A stretch of 64,000 nucleotides of DNA from an uncultured archaeon (GTDB lineage Archaea; Asgardarchaeota; Lokiarchaeia; Sigyniarchaeales; SOKP01). Below are positions 31,757 to 42,280 of the stretch, piece by piece. The stretch spans positions 24,023 to 88,022 of the forward strand of contig CAZOYD010000004.1 in assembly GCA_964583985.1 (NCBI GenBank), read 5' to 3'. Position numbers and translations under genes: made by a program. Below the pieces are notes generated by a model. It had not been told where the DNA came from. It saw only the letters and a list, made by a program, of their open reading frames with translations, and did not search any database. Position 1 is the first letter of the stretch. Every line of letters begins with the position of its first letter.

Positions 31757-32344
31757 ATTCATATCAATAGTCATTTTGCTGTAGGAATATCTATAGCATC
31801 AATATTGAATTATTTCTTTTCATTTTCATTTTTTGATTTTACTCTAATTGTAATTTTTTCATTTATTTGTGATTTCGATGTTTTTTTTTCAAAGTTTGCG
31901 AAAGATCATAATCATAGAATGTTGATTACTCATTCCATAATCCCAAGTATCATTATAATTTTATTGGGATTAATTTTTAATTGGATTGCTTTAATTTTTA
32001 GCGGGATTTTATATTTTGTTCACATTCTAATAGATACATTTGATTGGGGAACTAATTTATTATTTTTTCATAAAAAATTATATGGAATCAAAATGTTAAT
32101 TTCGAAGGAAGAGTTCGAAAATTTGCCAATATATCTTTCTAATTACAAGAATAAAGAATCTTTTTTTGATGAAAAATATTACACAAATAAAGCTTGTTTA
32201 GCAACTGAAATAATCATTTTCGTGATTATGATGATCTCCATTATTAGTTTTGCATTTCAATATATCTATCTAATTATATTTTATTTTTTAGGTTTATATT
32301 TTCATTTAGCACGCCATTTTCATTTAAAAAAACTTGAAGCATAA
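31757..32344 (+). CDS. Membrane-bound metal-dependent hydrolase (YdjM/LexA-binding-like); proposed ATT start
   Basis: In-frame N-terminal HINSHFAVG upstream of the track start; CDFD, HRMLITHS, HILIDTF motifs. Confidence 0.75.
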   Translation: MHINSHFAVGISIASILNYFFSFSFFDFTLIVIFSFICDFDVFFSKFAKDHNHRMLITHSIIPSIIIILLGLIFNWIALIFSGILYFVHILIDTFDWGTNLLFFHKKLYGIKMLISKEEFENLPIYLSNYKNKESFFDEKYYTNKACLATEIIIFVIMMISIISFAFQYIYLIIFYFLGLYFHLARHFHLKKLEA

Positions 32345-32446
32345 TAAAATAAGATGGATTAATAATTTAGATTAGATACTTTTAAGAACAAAATCCATAT
32401 TGTAATTACTAATAGATATTTAATTTCATATTCAAAGGTGTGAAAA

Positions 32447-32884
32447 ATTTCTGAAGAGATAATAACTAATGTTGGGCTTTCCTTATATGAACAAATGATT
32501 TTTAAATGCGATCTTGGAAATTTAAAGGTTAAGGATTGTTTTATTGATGAAACTCATATTTCGGAGGTTGATATGATTGGTCCAAATCCCTCGAGACTGT
32601 TAGGTTTAGCTCTTTTGGGTTGCTTAAGTGCGAGTTTCATTTTTTGTCTGAAAAAAAAAGAACTTACATTGAAAGATTTAAAAGCTAATGCAGAAATACA
32701 CATTGGTAAGAATAAAAAAGGATTTTTAAGAGTTCTTAAAATTGACATAAATATAAAGACAACAATAGATAATCCAGAAACAATGAAGAGAGCAGAACAA
32801 TGTAAGAAAATGTTTGAACAATACTGCACTGTAACTCAAGCTGTGAGAGAAGGAATTGAGGTGAATGTCAATGTTGAGTTATAA
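32447..32884 (+). CDS. OsmC/Ohr-family protein; proposed ATT start
   Basis: GPNPSRLL...LLGC and YCTVTQAV conserved cysteines; frame extends 16 codons upstream of ATG 32495. Confidence 0.85.
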   Translation: MSEEIITNVGLSLYEQMIFKCDLGNLKVKDCFIDETHISEVDMIGPNPSRLLGLALLGCLSASFIFCLKKKELTLKDLKANAEIHIGKNKKGFLRVLKIDINIKTTIDNPETMKRAEQCKKMFEQYCTVTQAVREGIEVNVNVEL

Positions 32885-32919
32885 GTGTTCAGTTTTTTTA
32901 TTTTTAATTAGCAAAGGAT

Positions 32920-33912
32920 CTAATCAGAAATTCCATCCTCAGAAATCGAGAAGATTGCATCTTCTTCCGGTAAATTTGGAGCATCAATAATTTTAGCAAC
33001 ACGTTGTTCTCCTTTACCTTTTCGTAAATAAATCCGAATTGTTGCACCATGAGCAACAATATTTCCACCTGTTGCAGTTATAGGATTTCCATAGAAAACA
33101 TCTGGTTTGGCAGAAACTTGATTTGTGAAAAATACCGCCATTTCATCATACATCTCACTGATACGTAAAAGATCATGGATATGTGTATTTAATGTTTGTT
33201 GACGATTAGCTAAAGTCCCCCTCCCGATATATTCACTTCTAAAATGTCCGATTAAAGAATCTACAATAACTAATTTTATGTTTTTTTCTTCGATTATTTT
33301 TGAAGCTTCCTTGATAAGAAGTATTTGATGATCACTGTTATATGCTCTACCAACAACAATATTTTGGAGTACTGTTTTATAATCCATATCTTTAGCACTA
33401 GCCATTTGAATAATACGCTCCGGTCTAAAAGTACCTTCTGTATCAATATATAAAGCACCTCCCTCAAGTCCACCATCTTCATAGGAACGTTGCACATTAA
33501 CACATAGCTGGTGAGCTAGTTGAGTTTTCCCAGTTCTAAATTCTCCAAATACTTCAGTTACTGCGCCTGTTTCTAGTCCACCCCCTAACAAATCATCTAG
33601 ATTATGTCCTCCTGTCGAAATTCTTCTCATCTTTTTTCTCTTTTCCCAAATCACATCTGCTGGCTTGAAACCCATCTTTTCAATATCTTGAGCGGCTTTT
33701 ATGAGTTTTTCAGCTGTTTTTTCACCGATACCTGCATCTTCCATTAATCTAGAAATTGGATACATTGCTAACAAACGTATAGATATTATACCAGAAGCCT
33801 TCAACTTTTTAAGAGTAACTTCCCCCACTCCTGGTAAATCATCCAATTCAAATGTTGGGTTAGAATTTGTACTATCATCTTCTCCATTGGATGGAGCATT
33901 CTTCTTAGCCAT
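32920..33912 (-). CDS. radA: DNA repair and recombination protein RadA
   Basis: N-terminal HhH (LDDLPGVG), Walker [38 protein letters not shown]; no intein. Confidence 0.97.
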   Translation of the reverse strand: MAKKNAPSNGEDDSTNSNPTFELDDLPGVGEVTLKKLKASGIISIRLLAMYPISRLMEDAGIGEKTAEKLIKAAQDIEKMGFKPADVIWEKRKKMRRISTGGHNLDDLLGGGLETGAVTEVFGEFRTGKTQLAHQLCVNVQRSYEDGGLEGGALYIDTEGTFRPERIIQMASAKDMDYKTVLQNIVVGRAYNSDHQILLIKEASKIIEEKNIKLVIVDSLIGHFRSEYIGRGTLANRQQTLNTHIHDLLRISEMYDEMAVFFTNQVSAKPDVFYGNPITATGGNIVAHGATIRIYLRKGKGEQRVAKIIDAPNLPEEDAIFSISEDGISD

Positions 33913-34013
33913 GATATATCTACTATTTTTAAAAATCCTTTCCTTGATATTATATCTTCATAATTATATAAAAATAATGTCTAAATATTAATAAAAGAAT
34001 AAAAAAATTGTTT

Positions 34014-34691
34014 TTATTTTTTTTGCTGAAGCTCCTCCTTACCACTTCGAGTAATGAGTAATAGTATGATAAATAATATTACACTCATGAGGAGTGTAAG
34101 CACTCCCGTTGCCTCGCGTATCCATATATAACTTAAATACATGAATGGTAAGATGAACAACGCGATAATAATAATAAACATTGGTAAAGGAACTTCTTCA
34201 TCCTTGATATCTAATATCATAGGGATAATAACTAAAATGATCATTATAGTTGCTGTAATTCTAAACGCCAATAATAACTCTGGGAACACTAAAAATTGAG
34301 CAGCATAAATATCTGGCAAATTGAATACAAACCATGGAGAAGTATTTGTGAGTAATGAAGGAATAGAAACTGGAAGAATGGCAGTTATAATTAATTGAAT
34401 GAGAATAGCCAAAGCAAGATATAAAACAATATCGTTTATTTCTTTCTTACCCTTTTTTACACCCCAAAGGTCTCTAATTAAAGTAACGCACCAAAGAATG
34501 AATAATAAAAGATATACTCCAAGAATATTGAAATTAATTATCCACATAAAATTAATGGGTAATAAAGCCACAATGTAAGCCATATATGCGTATTTTTCAT
34601 TTCGATGAAACAAATCAAACACTAAAAAAACAGCAAAAATAATGACAAATGTTATTAAAACGATGATGGAGTTAATATCGAATAATGCCAC
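34014..34691 (-). CDS. Polytopic membrane protein, unknown function
   Basis: About seven hydrophobic segments; GTG start. Confidence 0.7.
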   Translation of the reverse strand: MALFDINSIIVLITFVIIFAVFLVFDLFHRNEKYAYMAYIVALLPINFMWIINFNILGVYLLLFILWCVTLIRDLWGVKKGKKEINDIVLYLALAILIQLIITAILPVSIPSLLTNTSPWFVFNLPDIYAAQFLVFPELLLAFRITATIMIILVIIPMILDIKDEEVPLPMFIIIIALFILPFMYLSYIWIREATGVLTLLMSVILFIILLLITRSGKEELQQKK

Positions 34692-34803
34692 GATTATACC
34701 ATCTTTATTTTTAATATATGAATTTATTATTATTATTATAATAACACTAAATATTAAATCTTTAACTGAATCAGTTGAGATTATAAAAAAATACAGTGAT
34801 TCT

Positions 34804-36189
34804 TTAGTTTAAATTGGATACTAAAATCGATAATTCTTCTATCATTTGCTTGGATTTCTTAGGATCACTTGATTCAGATGATATAAGAATTGAATCCCGA
34901 TTTAACGCGACTTTAATGGTTGAACTAACTTCATTATCAATGATTTTTAATTCATTGATAATATCATGATATTTAAAACCATGATGTTCAGCAAATTTAA
35001 TTAATTTATTATGAATTGATTGAATTATGCTAGAAGAGACTGGAATTGTTTTATTTACCTTAATACCTTTAGGAAAACCTCTTGTTAATGAACTTAAGGT
35101 ATCATTTTCTTTTGTCATTATTTCTAAAATTTTTAATAATATAAAATTTCCATCTGAAAATGGTGCGTATTGGGGAAAGTAAAATTTCATGGTATCTGCT
35201 GCAGCAAAACAAGCTCTTTCTTCTCTGATCTGCCTCGATATTTCTCCAGGATCATTTTCAACTTGCTTAATAGGATATCCGTTATCTTCTACATATTTTT
35301 TAATAACGGGTGAGAGAGATTGGGTTGTAATGATGGTATTGGACTTAGATTTTTTTATTCGATCATCATAAGTGATAAAAAGCATGAGTAGATCTTCAAA
35401 AGTAACTTCTAAACCGTTATCATCCAATACTAAAATTCTAGAACCATCAACATCAAAACATATCCCCAAATGACTATGAGATGCTTTGACAATTTCTGCG
35501 GTATTTCTTATGGTGTAAATACTCGGTACTGGAATTTCTGATCGTTCCCTATAATGTGTGTTAAGAGCAATGACTTCTACTCCAACGTCGTTAACAAGTA
35601 ATGGTGTTATCCTTCCTGTAGGACCGTAGGAACAATCAACCACAATTTTTAAATCAGCATTTTTAATTCTTATTTTATCAACAAATTGTTGTAAAGACTT
35701 AATATAGACATCTTGTGTTTGCGGAATTGCTGTAATTTGACCAATTTTACTGGGTTCCACTCTTCTTACACTATCAGGATAAGTGTTATATGCTTCGATA
35801 ATCCTTTGAATCTCTGATTTAGAAAACTCGATGCCTCCAGCGTCAACAAACCTAATACCAACATCTTCACTATATAAGTGTCCTCCCGAGAAATAAACGC
35901 CTCCACTAGCTCCAAACCTTCTAATTGTAAATTGAAGCAATGGATACGTGCAATCACGTAAATTCAAGACATTAACACCAGTACTCATAACTCCAGATGT
36001 GTATCCTCGCTTTAACATTCTACTATCATTATGATAATCGCGTCCAATGACTATAGTTTCATTCACGTTAAATAAACTACCATGTATAGATCCGATTGAG
36101 CTTGAAATTTCTGGCGTGAAGATATAGTTTGCCCTTCCAATTATTCTACCGTTTTTATTAAGTTCATTAAGGTTTTCAACCATTTTCAT
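34804..36189 (-). CDS. Catalytically degenerate alpha-D-phosphohexomutase-fold protein
   Basis: PGM/PMM scaffold (FTPE, IGRD, SRMLKR, KIVVDCSYG) but SGGH replaces TASHN and DVDGSR replaces DGDADR. Confidence 0.8.
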   Translation of the reverse strand: MKMVENLNELNKNGRIIGRANYIFTPEISSSIGSIHGSLFNVNETIVIGRDYHNDSRMLKRGYTSGVMSTGVNVLNLRDCTYPLLQFTIRRFGASGGVYFSGGHLYSEDVGIRFVDAGGIEFSKSEIQRIIEAYNTYPDSVRRVEPSKIGQITAIPQTQDVYIKSLQQFVDKIRIKNADLKIVVDCSYGPTGRITPLLVNDVGVEVIALNTHYRERSEIPVPSIYTIRNTAEIVKASHSHLGICFDVDGSRILVLDDNGLEVTFEDLLMLFITYDDRIKKSKSNTIITTQSLSPVIKKYVEDNGYPIKQVENDPGEISRQIREERACFAAADTMKFYFPQYAPFSDGNFILLKILEIMTKENDTLSSLTRGFPKGIKVNKTIPVSSSIIQSIHNKLIKFAEHHGFKYHDIINELKIIDNEVSSTIKVALNRDSILISSESSDPKKSKQMIEELSILVSNLN

Positions 36190-36395
36190 CCGATTTTTTT
36201 ACATGTTTAATTGGATATTATAAATAATAAAACCTAATTTAATAATGGCTAAGAATTTCTCAATCTTCAATAATTTTACTAATTTTTATACCAATAATAA
36301 ATAGTAAATAGCTAATTAAGTATTATTACATATATTGGTCATATAGAAACGTATTTGAAAATAGAACTGAATTTAATATAAGTGTTTAATAAGAA

Positions 36396-39300
36396 ATGAA
36401 ATTATCAATAAAAGCAAGGAAACAATACCAACTTGACGACTTTTCCTTTTCTCCGAGTGGTAACGTCCTTTTTGCTGGGGATATTTATTCCGTTCGAAAG
36501 TTTATCCAAAAAATCAATCAAACAAAAGATCTTATTAGATTTCCTGAATTAGGTTTTAAAACGGGAAACTTTAATGGAATGGCTTTAATTTATAATATTC
36601 AAGAACATATCCTTGAATTATATAAAAAAGAAACAGAAACTCCTGAATTAATGAAAGATCTCTACGTCTATCTCAGTAGGAAATTTAATGAAAAGGAAAT
36701 AGAAGATAGTTTAAGAACTTTCATTGATGAATTTCCTCCGGAGAGTGTATACAATAAAAAGTTAAGTTCAACTGAATATCTTAAGAGAACAATGGGAGAA
36801 ACGAATAATAGTGCTTTAATTTTAGAAGAATTTATTCCAGTTTGGTTGGGAAATAATAATCCATCATTTTCTCCATATTTAGAACTTTTTAACGATGAAA
36901 AATTAGAAAAAGAAACAAAATACGTAGAAATTATTAATGAAATATATAATTTCTTTGAGGAAAAACCAAAATTTGGTCCTAAAAATCAAAATTTAATAAA
37001 AATGTTAGAAGATCCAATAAAAAACCACCCATATTCCATTCGTGAGCAATTGGAATATTTACTTGAAACATGGGGTGAAATTTTAGGCGATTATTCTCAC
37101 ACTATTTTATTAGCGTTAGATCTTATAAGAGAAGAAGAAGCATTCAGAGGTTTAGGTCCAGGAAGATCTGAAGCTTATGCTTATGATATGCTTGATGTAG
37201 AAAACTTTACACCAGACAAAGACTGGATGCCTAAAGTCGTTATGATTGCTAAAAATACCTACGTATGGTTAGATCAACTATCAAAAAAATATCACAGATC
37301 GATTACTAAATTAAATGAAATTCCCGATGAGGAGCTGGATCAATTGAAGAGATGGGGTTTCAATGCATTATGGCTGATTGGTTTATGGGAAAGAAGTCAA
37401 GCTTCAAAAATAATAAAAAATTGGTGCGGTAATCCTGAAGCAGAAGCAAGTGCATATTCACTTTATGATTATATTATTGCGTACGATTTAGGAGGTCAAG
37501 AAGCTTTTGAAAATTTAAAACAACGCGCTTTATATAGAGGAATTCAGCTTGCAAGTGATATGGTACCTAATCATACGGGTATTGTGTCTAAATGGATGAA
37601 AGAGCATCCTAATTGGTATATCTCGCTTCCTTATCCCCCTTTTCCTTCTTATTCATATTCTGGGAATAGTTTATCAAATGATTCCCAATATGGCGTGTTT
37701 TTAGAAGATAAATATTTTAATAGAACCGATGCCGCAGTAACCTTTAAATATGTCAATTATAATACAGGAGAAACAAAATACATATATCATGGCAACGATG
37801 GAACAAGTTTTCCATGGAATGATACGGCACAATTGAATTTTTTGATGAAAGAAGTAAGAGAATCAGTAATACAGACAATTCTTCATGTTTCTAGAATGTT
37901 TCCAATAATAAGATTTGATGCAGCGATGACTTTGACCAAAAAGCATTATCAGAGATTATGGTTCCCCGAACCTGGAACTGGAGGAGCAATACCGTCTAGA
38001 GCAGAACATGGAATCACAAGGGATGTTTTTCATGATGCAATGCCTGAAGAATTTTGGCGAGAGGTAGTTAATAGAATAAACAAAGAAAATCCCGACACTT
38101 TGCTCTTAGCTGAAGCATTTTGGTTACTTGAGGGATATTTTGTTCGTTCATTAGGAATGCATCGTGTATATAACTCCGCATTTATGAACATGTTGAGAGA
38201 CGAAGATAACGCAATGTATCGACTAGTTATTAAGAACACACTTGAATTTGATCCCAAAATTCTCAAACGATTTGTTAATTTTATGAATAACCCGGATGAA
38301 GAGACGGCAATTAAACAATTCGGAGATGGTGATAAATATTTTGGAATCTGTACAATGATGATTACCATGCCCGGATTACCAATGTTTGGTCATGGACAAG
38401 TCGAAGGTTTTTATGAGAAATATGGAATGGAATATCGGCGAACTTATTGGAATGAAGAAATCAATTTAGGGTTGTTGCAACATCACGAAAACATTATTTT
38501 CCCGTTAATGAAAAAAAGATATTTATTTGCTGAAGTAAAAGACTTCTTATTATATGATTTTTTCATTGGAAATTCGGTTAATGAGGATGTTTTTGCTTAT
38601 TCAAATAGGGTGGGAAACGAAAGAGCTCTCGTGATATATCATAATAAATATGCTGAAACGAAGGGATTTATTAAGAATTCTGTAGCATTTGTAGTAAAAG
38701 ATAGTGATGACAAAAAATTGCTGCAAAAAACCGTTGGGGAAGGATTGAAATTGCCAAAAGAAGGATACTGTATTTTTAAAGATGCTATCATGAATCTTGA
38801 ATATATTAGACGAAATAATGATATTCATCATCAAGGTTTATATGTGGAACTACATGCTTATCAAACTCTTGTATTTGTGGATTTTAGAATAGTTCAAGAT
38901 AATGAGTTTTTCCATTATGCTCAGCTTTATGATTTTTTAAATGGAAAAGGAGTATATGATATAGATGAAACACTCACATCCATTATCTATAGACCATTAC
39001 ATTCCCCAATTGAAGAACTAGTAAATGAAGATATCCTACACAAAATAATTAACAATACATTGAAAGATTCCGAAAGAAAAAAATATCGTAATATTCTCAA
39101 GACCTTCTTATTTGAAGTTAAAAAATATTCAAGCAGTAACAAAAATGTAACACCCGTATATAATCAAATTTTAAACGACATTTTATCCGCCTCAAATTTA
39201 GAGAGTGTGTTTAAAGATTATCTGAAAGATGATAAAATTAAATTTTTAATTGAAAAACTAATTCCATTGAATACAATTGATTGGGGGATACTTTATTCTT

Positions 39301-39788
39301 GGATCGTAATCCGTCCGCTTGGAAGAATTATTTCTGATGAGGATTATGAGTTAAGGAGTCGTAGTTTAGTAGATGAGTGGCATATCACAAAATATATTTA
39401 CTTATTGCTTAAGCAATTACAGAAAGATGATGTTGAAAACATTTCAGAATCGATTTTAGTTGTCAAATTACTCCTAATTTACCAAAATTGGTTTACTAAA
39501 ATCCAAATGAATGTATATGATGAATCATCAATCTTCAATATATTGTTTAAAGATCCTGAAATACAACAATTTTTACGATTTAACAGGTATCAAGATATTT
39601 TATGGTTCAATGCAGAATTTTTCGAAACTTTAACCAGATGGCTTTCAATAATAGCCATCATTAATCTTTTAAGTAATGGTGGTGAGTTACCTAAAAACCT
39701 ACAGATATTAACAGATTTGCATCAAAAATGGAGGGAAACAGCAAAAACTTCAAAATATCAAGTTAATTTGTTTTTAGAAAATCAATAA
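36396..39788 (+). CDS. Large GH13 alpha-amylase-family protein (1130 aa) with N- and C-terminal extensions
   Basis: LWLIGLWERS, ASAYSLYDY, DMVPNH, IRFDAAM, LAEAFW, NNPDEE. Confidence 0.9.
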   Translation: MKLSIKARKQYQLDDFSFSPSGNVLFAGDIYSVRKFIQKINQTKDLIRFPELGFKTGNFNGMALIYNIQEHILELYKKETETPELMKDLYVYLSRKFNEKEIEDSLRTFIDEFPPESVYNKKLSSTEYLKRTMGETNNSALILEEFIPVWLGNNNPSFSPYLELFNDEKLEKETKYVEIINEIYNFFEEKPKFGPKNQNLIKMLEDPIKNHPYSIREQLEYLLETWGEILGDYSHTILLALDLIREEEAFRGLGPGRSEAYAYDMLDVENFTPDKDWMPKVVMIAKNTYVWLDQLSKKYHRSITKLNEIPDEELDQLKRWGFNALWLIGLWERSQASKIIKNWCGNPEAEASAYSLYDYIIAYDLGGQEAFENLKQRALYRGIQLASDMVPNHTGIVSKWMKEHPNWYISLPYPPFPSYSYSGNSLSNDSQYGVFLEDKYFNRTDAAVTFKYVNYNTGETKYIYHGNDGTSFPWNDTAQLNFLMKEVRESVIQTILHVSRMFPIIRFDAAMTLTKKHYQRLWFPEPGTGGAIPSRAEHGITRDVFHDAMPEEFWREVVNRINKENPDTLLLAEAFWLLEGYFVRSLGMHRVYNSAFMNMLRDEDNAMYRLVIKNTLEFDPKILKRFVNFMNNPDEETAIKQFGDGDKYFGICTMMITMPGLPMFGHGQVEGFYEKYGMEYRRTYWNEEINLGLLQHHENIIFPLMKKRYLFAEVKDFLLYDFFIGNSVNEDVFAYSNRVGNERALVIYHNKYAETKGFIKNSVAFVVKDSDDKKLLQKTVGEGLKLPKEGYCIFKDAIMNLEYIRRNNDIHHQGLYVELHAYQTLVFVDFRIVQDNEFFHYAQLYDFLNGKGVYDIDETLTSIIYRPLHSPIEELVNEDILHKIINNTLKDSERKKYRNILKTFLFEVKKYSSSNKNVTPVYNQILNDILSASNLESVFKDYLKDDKIKFLIEKLIPLNTIDWGILYSWIVIRPLGRIISDEDYELRSRSLVDEWHITKYIYLLLKQLQKDDVENISESILVVKLLLIYQNWFTKIQMNVYDESSIFNILFKDPEIQQFLRFNRYQDILWFNAEFFETLTRWLSIIAIINLLSNGGELPKNLQILTDLHQKWRETAKTSKYQVNLFLENQ

Positions 39789-39814
39789 TTATATTTTTTT
39801 GGCTGTAGCATTGT

Positions 39815-40267
39815 CTAGAAAGGAGTAAATAGATAGAATCCTCCTGTTAATATAATTCCCATAAAAAAATAAATCCCTATAATTATAAAATAACTTAATA
39901 TCTTTTCAGTTATTAACACTATAATAGCTACTACGACAGAACTCAAGTACTCCTTCGCATAAAAAAGATGTATCACAAACATTCCAATAATTACATCCAT
40001 GATAAAAATTGATAAACCTACTATGAGGTATATTGAAGTCATCTCATCAACAGTTATGCCAAATTCTATAAAGAGGGCAGGTGCAATAAAAATTATGAGC
40101 AAATTTAATATGATTACGATGACGACCCATACTAAATTAGCTATAAAGCCTCTTCTAATATTGCTTTCCCATTTTAATCGTGATGCTAGCCAATTAGTAT
40201 AAATTGCTCGTAAAATCAAAATTATTATTATTACGACGATATCTATAAAAATACTAATAAGATCCAT
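39815..40267 (-). CDS. Small four-TM membrane protein
   Basis: Hydrophobic 150-aa ORF; layout resembles the neighbouring gene. Confidence 0.65.
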   Translation of the reverse strand: MDLISIFIDIVVIIIILILRAIYTNWLASRLKWESNIRRGFIANLVWVVIVIILNLLIIFIAPALFIEFGITVDEMTSIYLIVGLSIFIMDVIIGMFVIHLFYAKEYLSSVVVAIIVLITEKILSYFIIIGIYFFMGIILTGGFYLFTPF

Positions 40268-40322
40268 AATTTCATTCCTTTATTGATTTTTAATTTTTAT
40301 GCTTTAGTTTAATCAATTGAAT

Positions 40323-40799
40323 TTAGAGATATTGAAAATTATAAAAATTATAAAATATGATAAATCCTCCACTAGTAAAGTAAAAAATGAAAGTTAATAT
40401 GCTAGCGATTATAATTAGAATAAAAACTTGGATTGATATTACTGCTAAAGTAATAAAAATCGCGTCTTTATATCCACTTTGGTAAAAATATTTAATTAGG
40501 AGCATGATGATTATAAAATTCAGTAGTAATCTTACTATTGAAGTTATAATATTGGTAAAGTTAACTAACTCCATATCGAAACCAATAAGATATAGATAAC
40601 TTATTAATAAATTAGTAAGATAACCTAAAATAAAGTATCCAATTATAAACCAGATTACAATGATTATAATAGCGGGTTTATACGATTTCCGGTACTCTAA
40701 TTTATCTGTGAAGAACTTTATTAAATATATTCCTCCTAAAAGGACTATAATGCTAAAAATAGCATAAATTAATGTATAAATATAAGTTATCTCTGACAT
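40323..40799 (-). CDS. Small four-TM membrane protein, probable tandem paralog of 39815..40267
   Basis: Hydrophobic 158-aa ORF; shares FY..(G/E)Y and C-terminal GGF features. Confidence 0.65.
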   Translation of the reverse strand: MSEITYIYTLIYAIFSIIVLLGGIYLIKFFTDKLEYRKSYKPAIIIIVIWFIIGYFILGYLTNLLISYLYLIGFDMELVNFTNIITSIVRLLLNFIIIMLLIKYFYQSGYKDAIFITLAVISIQVFILIIIASILTFIFYFTSGGFIIFYNFYNFQYL

Positions 40800-40961
40800 G
40801 AAGTTATCAGTATCTTGAATTGGTTATTTAATTTCTAAATACGTGAATAATATCTTATTTAAAAATATTATCCTAAATAAAATCCATGCATTCCCATATT
40901 CTGAATATTAGTATAAAAATCGAAGATTTATGCATCTCAAATAAATTAGGTATATTTTTAA

Positions 40962-42176
40962 TTATATATTAGTACCAAGTTCAAGGGTTTGATCGCGAAG
41001 CTGTGAATCATTACTCACCTTGCAATTGGGAGCAATAATCGCATTTTGTAACACAACATTATCTCCTATTATACAATCATTGCATATAATCGAATCTGCG
41101 ATAATACAACCTGCTCCAATATTGACATTATCCCAGATAATGCTTTTCTCAATTATGGTATCTTCACCAATTTTAACTTGATTTCCAATTGATGTTAATT
41201 CTTTAATCTTTACTCTATTCGAGAGATGAACTAGTTCTCCAAAACATGATGGTTTTTCTATTATGGTATTATGACCTGAATCTATCAATCCCATGACGTA
41301 AATATCATCGTAATCATCTCCATTAGGGGTAATGGGCCACGCATATTTTCGCATGAGGTCCCAATTCACCCATTTATACGTTAATATATTTCCACAATCC
41401 AACCAATAGTATTCCCTGACAAAACCATATAGATCATTATTGTTTTCAAGCAAGTATGGAAACACTTCCCCACCAAAATCTATGAGACTAGTGCTATCAA
41501 GAATGTCTGCGATTTTTTTTTTAAAACAATAAATCCCCGTATTTATGATGTTAGTATAAAGAAATAAATCAGCTCTTTGTGACACGCTGCTCAAATATAA
41601 TTCCATTGGTGCTGGTTTTTCTAAAAATAAATAAATTTTTCGGTTCTTGTCCAATAAAACAACGCCATATTGGCTAGTATGACTTTCGCTTTTTTTCATT
41701 GAAATCGTCGCTATTCCTCCTTTTTCAGCGTGAAAATTCATAAAATCTTTTGCTGGAAGATTGGTAACTATATCAGCCATGCTGACGACAATGTTTTCAG
41801 AATCAACTTTATCTTCCAGCATTCTATATGCATCAGCTGTCCCCTTACTCTCTTGAACTTCACATTCTAATTCTACATCTCCCAGTTTATCAGCAGTCCA
41901 AGTTTCTTCAATGTAATTTTTCATTTTTTGACCTTTATAAGCCAAAGCAAGGATGATATGCTTGATATCGGCATAAATCAAATGTGCAATTGAATAATCA
42001 ACCATTGGTTTATTCGTGACCTTTACTAATGGTTTTGGTACTAGTGATGTTAATGGCATGAGTCGTGAACCTTTACCACCAGCAAGGATTATCGCTGACC
42101 ATTCCCTCAAATTGAATCGCTCAAATGTTTTCTCAATATTTATATGTATGCTTTTAGTTATAAATCTAATTTTCAT
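40962..42176 (-). CDS. NDP-sugar pyrophosphorylase (mannose-1-P guanylyltransferase/GlgC-like) with left-handed beta-helix
   Basis: ILAGGKGSRLMPLT..PKPLV, GTAD, FLEKP, INTGIY, DFGGEVFP, YWLDCG, hexapeptide C-terminus. Confidence 0.9.
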   Translation of the reverse strand: MKIRFITKSIHINIEKTFERFNLREWSAIILAGGKGSRLMPLTSLVPKPLVKVTNKPMVDYSIAHLIYADIKHIILALAYKGQKMKNYIEETWTADKLGDVELECEVQESKGTADAYRMLEDKVDSENIVVSMADIVTNLPAKDFMNFHAEKGGIATISMKKSESHTSQYGVVLLDKNRKIYLFLEKPAPMELYLSSVSQRADLFLYTNIINTGIYCFKKKIADILDSTSLIDFGGEVFPYLLENNNDLYGFVREYYWLDCGNILTYKWVNWDLMRKYAWPITPNGDDYDDIYVMGLIDSGHNTIIEKPSCFGELVHLSNRVKIKELTSIGNQVKIGEDTIIEKSIIWDNVNIGAGCIIADSIICNDCIIGDNVVLQNAIIAPNCKVSNDSQLRDQTLELGTNI

Positions 42177-42280
42177 TGAAATATAAAAATTATCAAAATA
42201 GAATATAAACCTAAAATCAAATGTACACAGAAATTTTAGTTCACTTGAACATAATAAAAATTAAGTTTTTTTTTCAATGT

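Noticed and set aside
20956-33912. Inteins in AtpA or RadA, both common insertion hosts
   Set aside because: Lengths are normal and motifs are contiguous.
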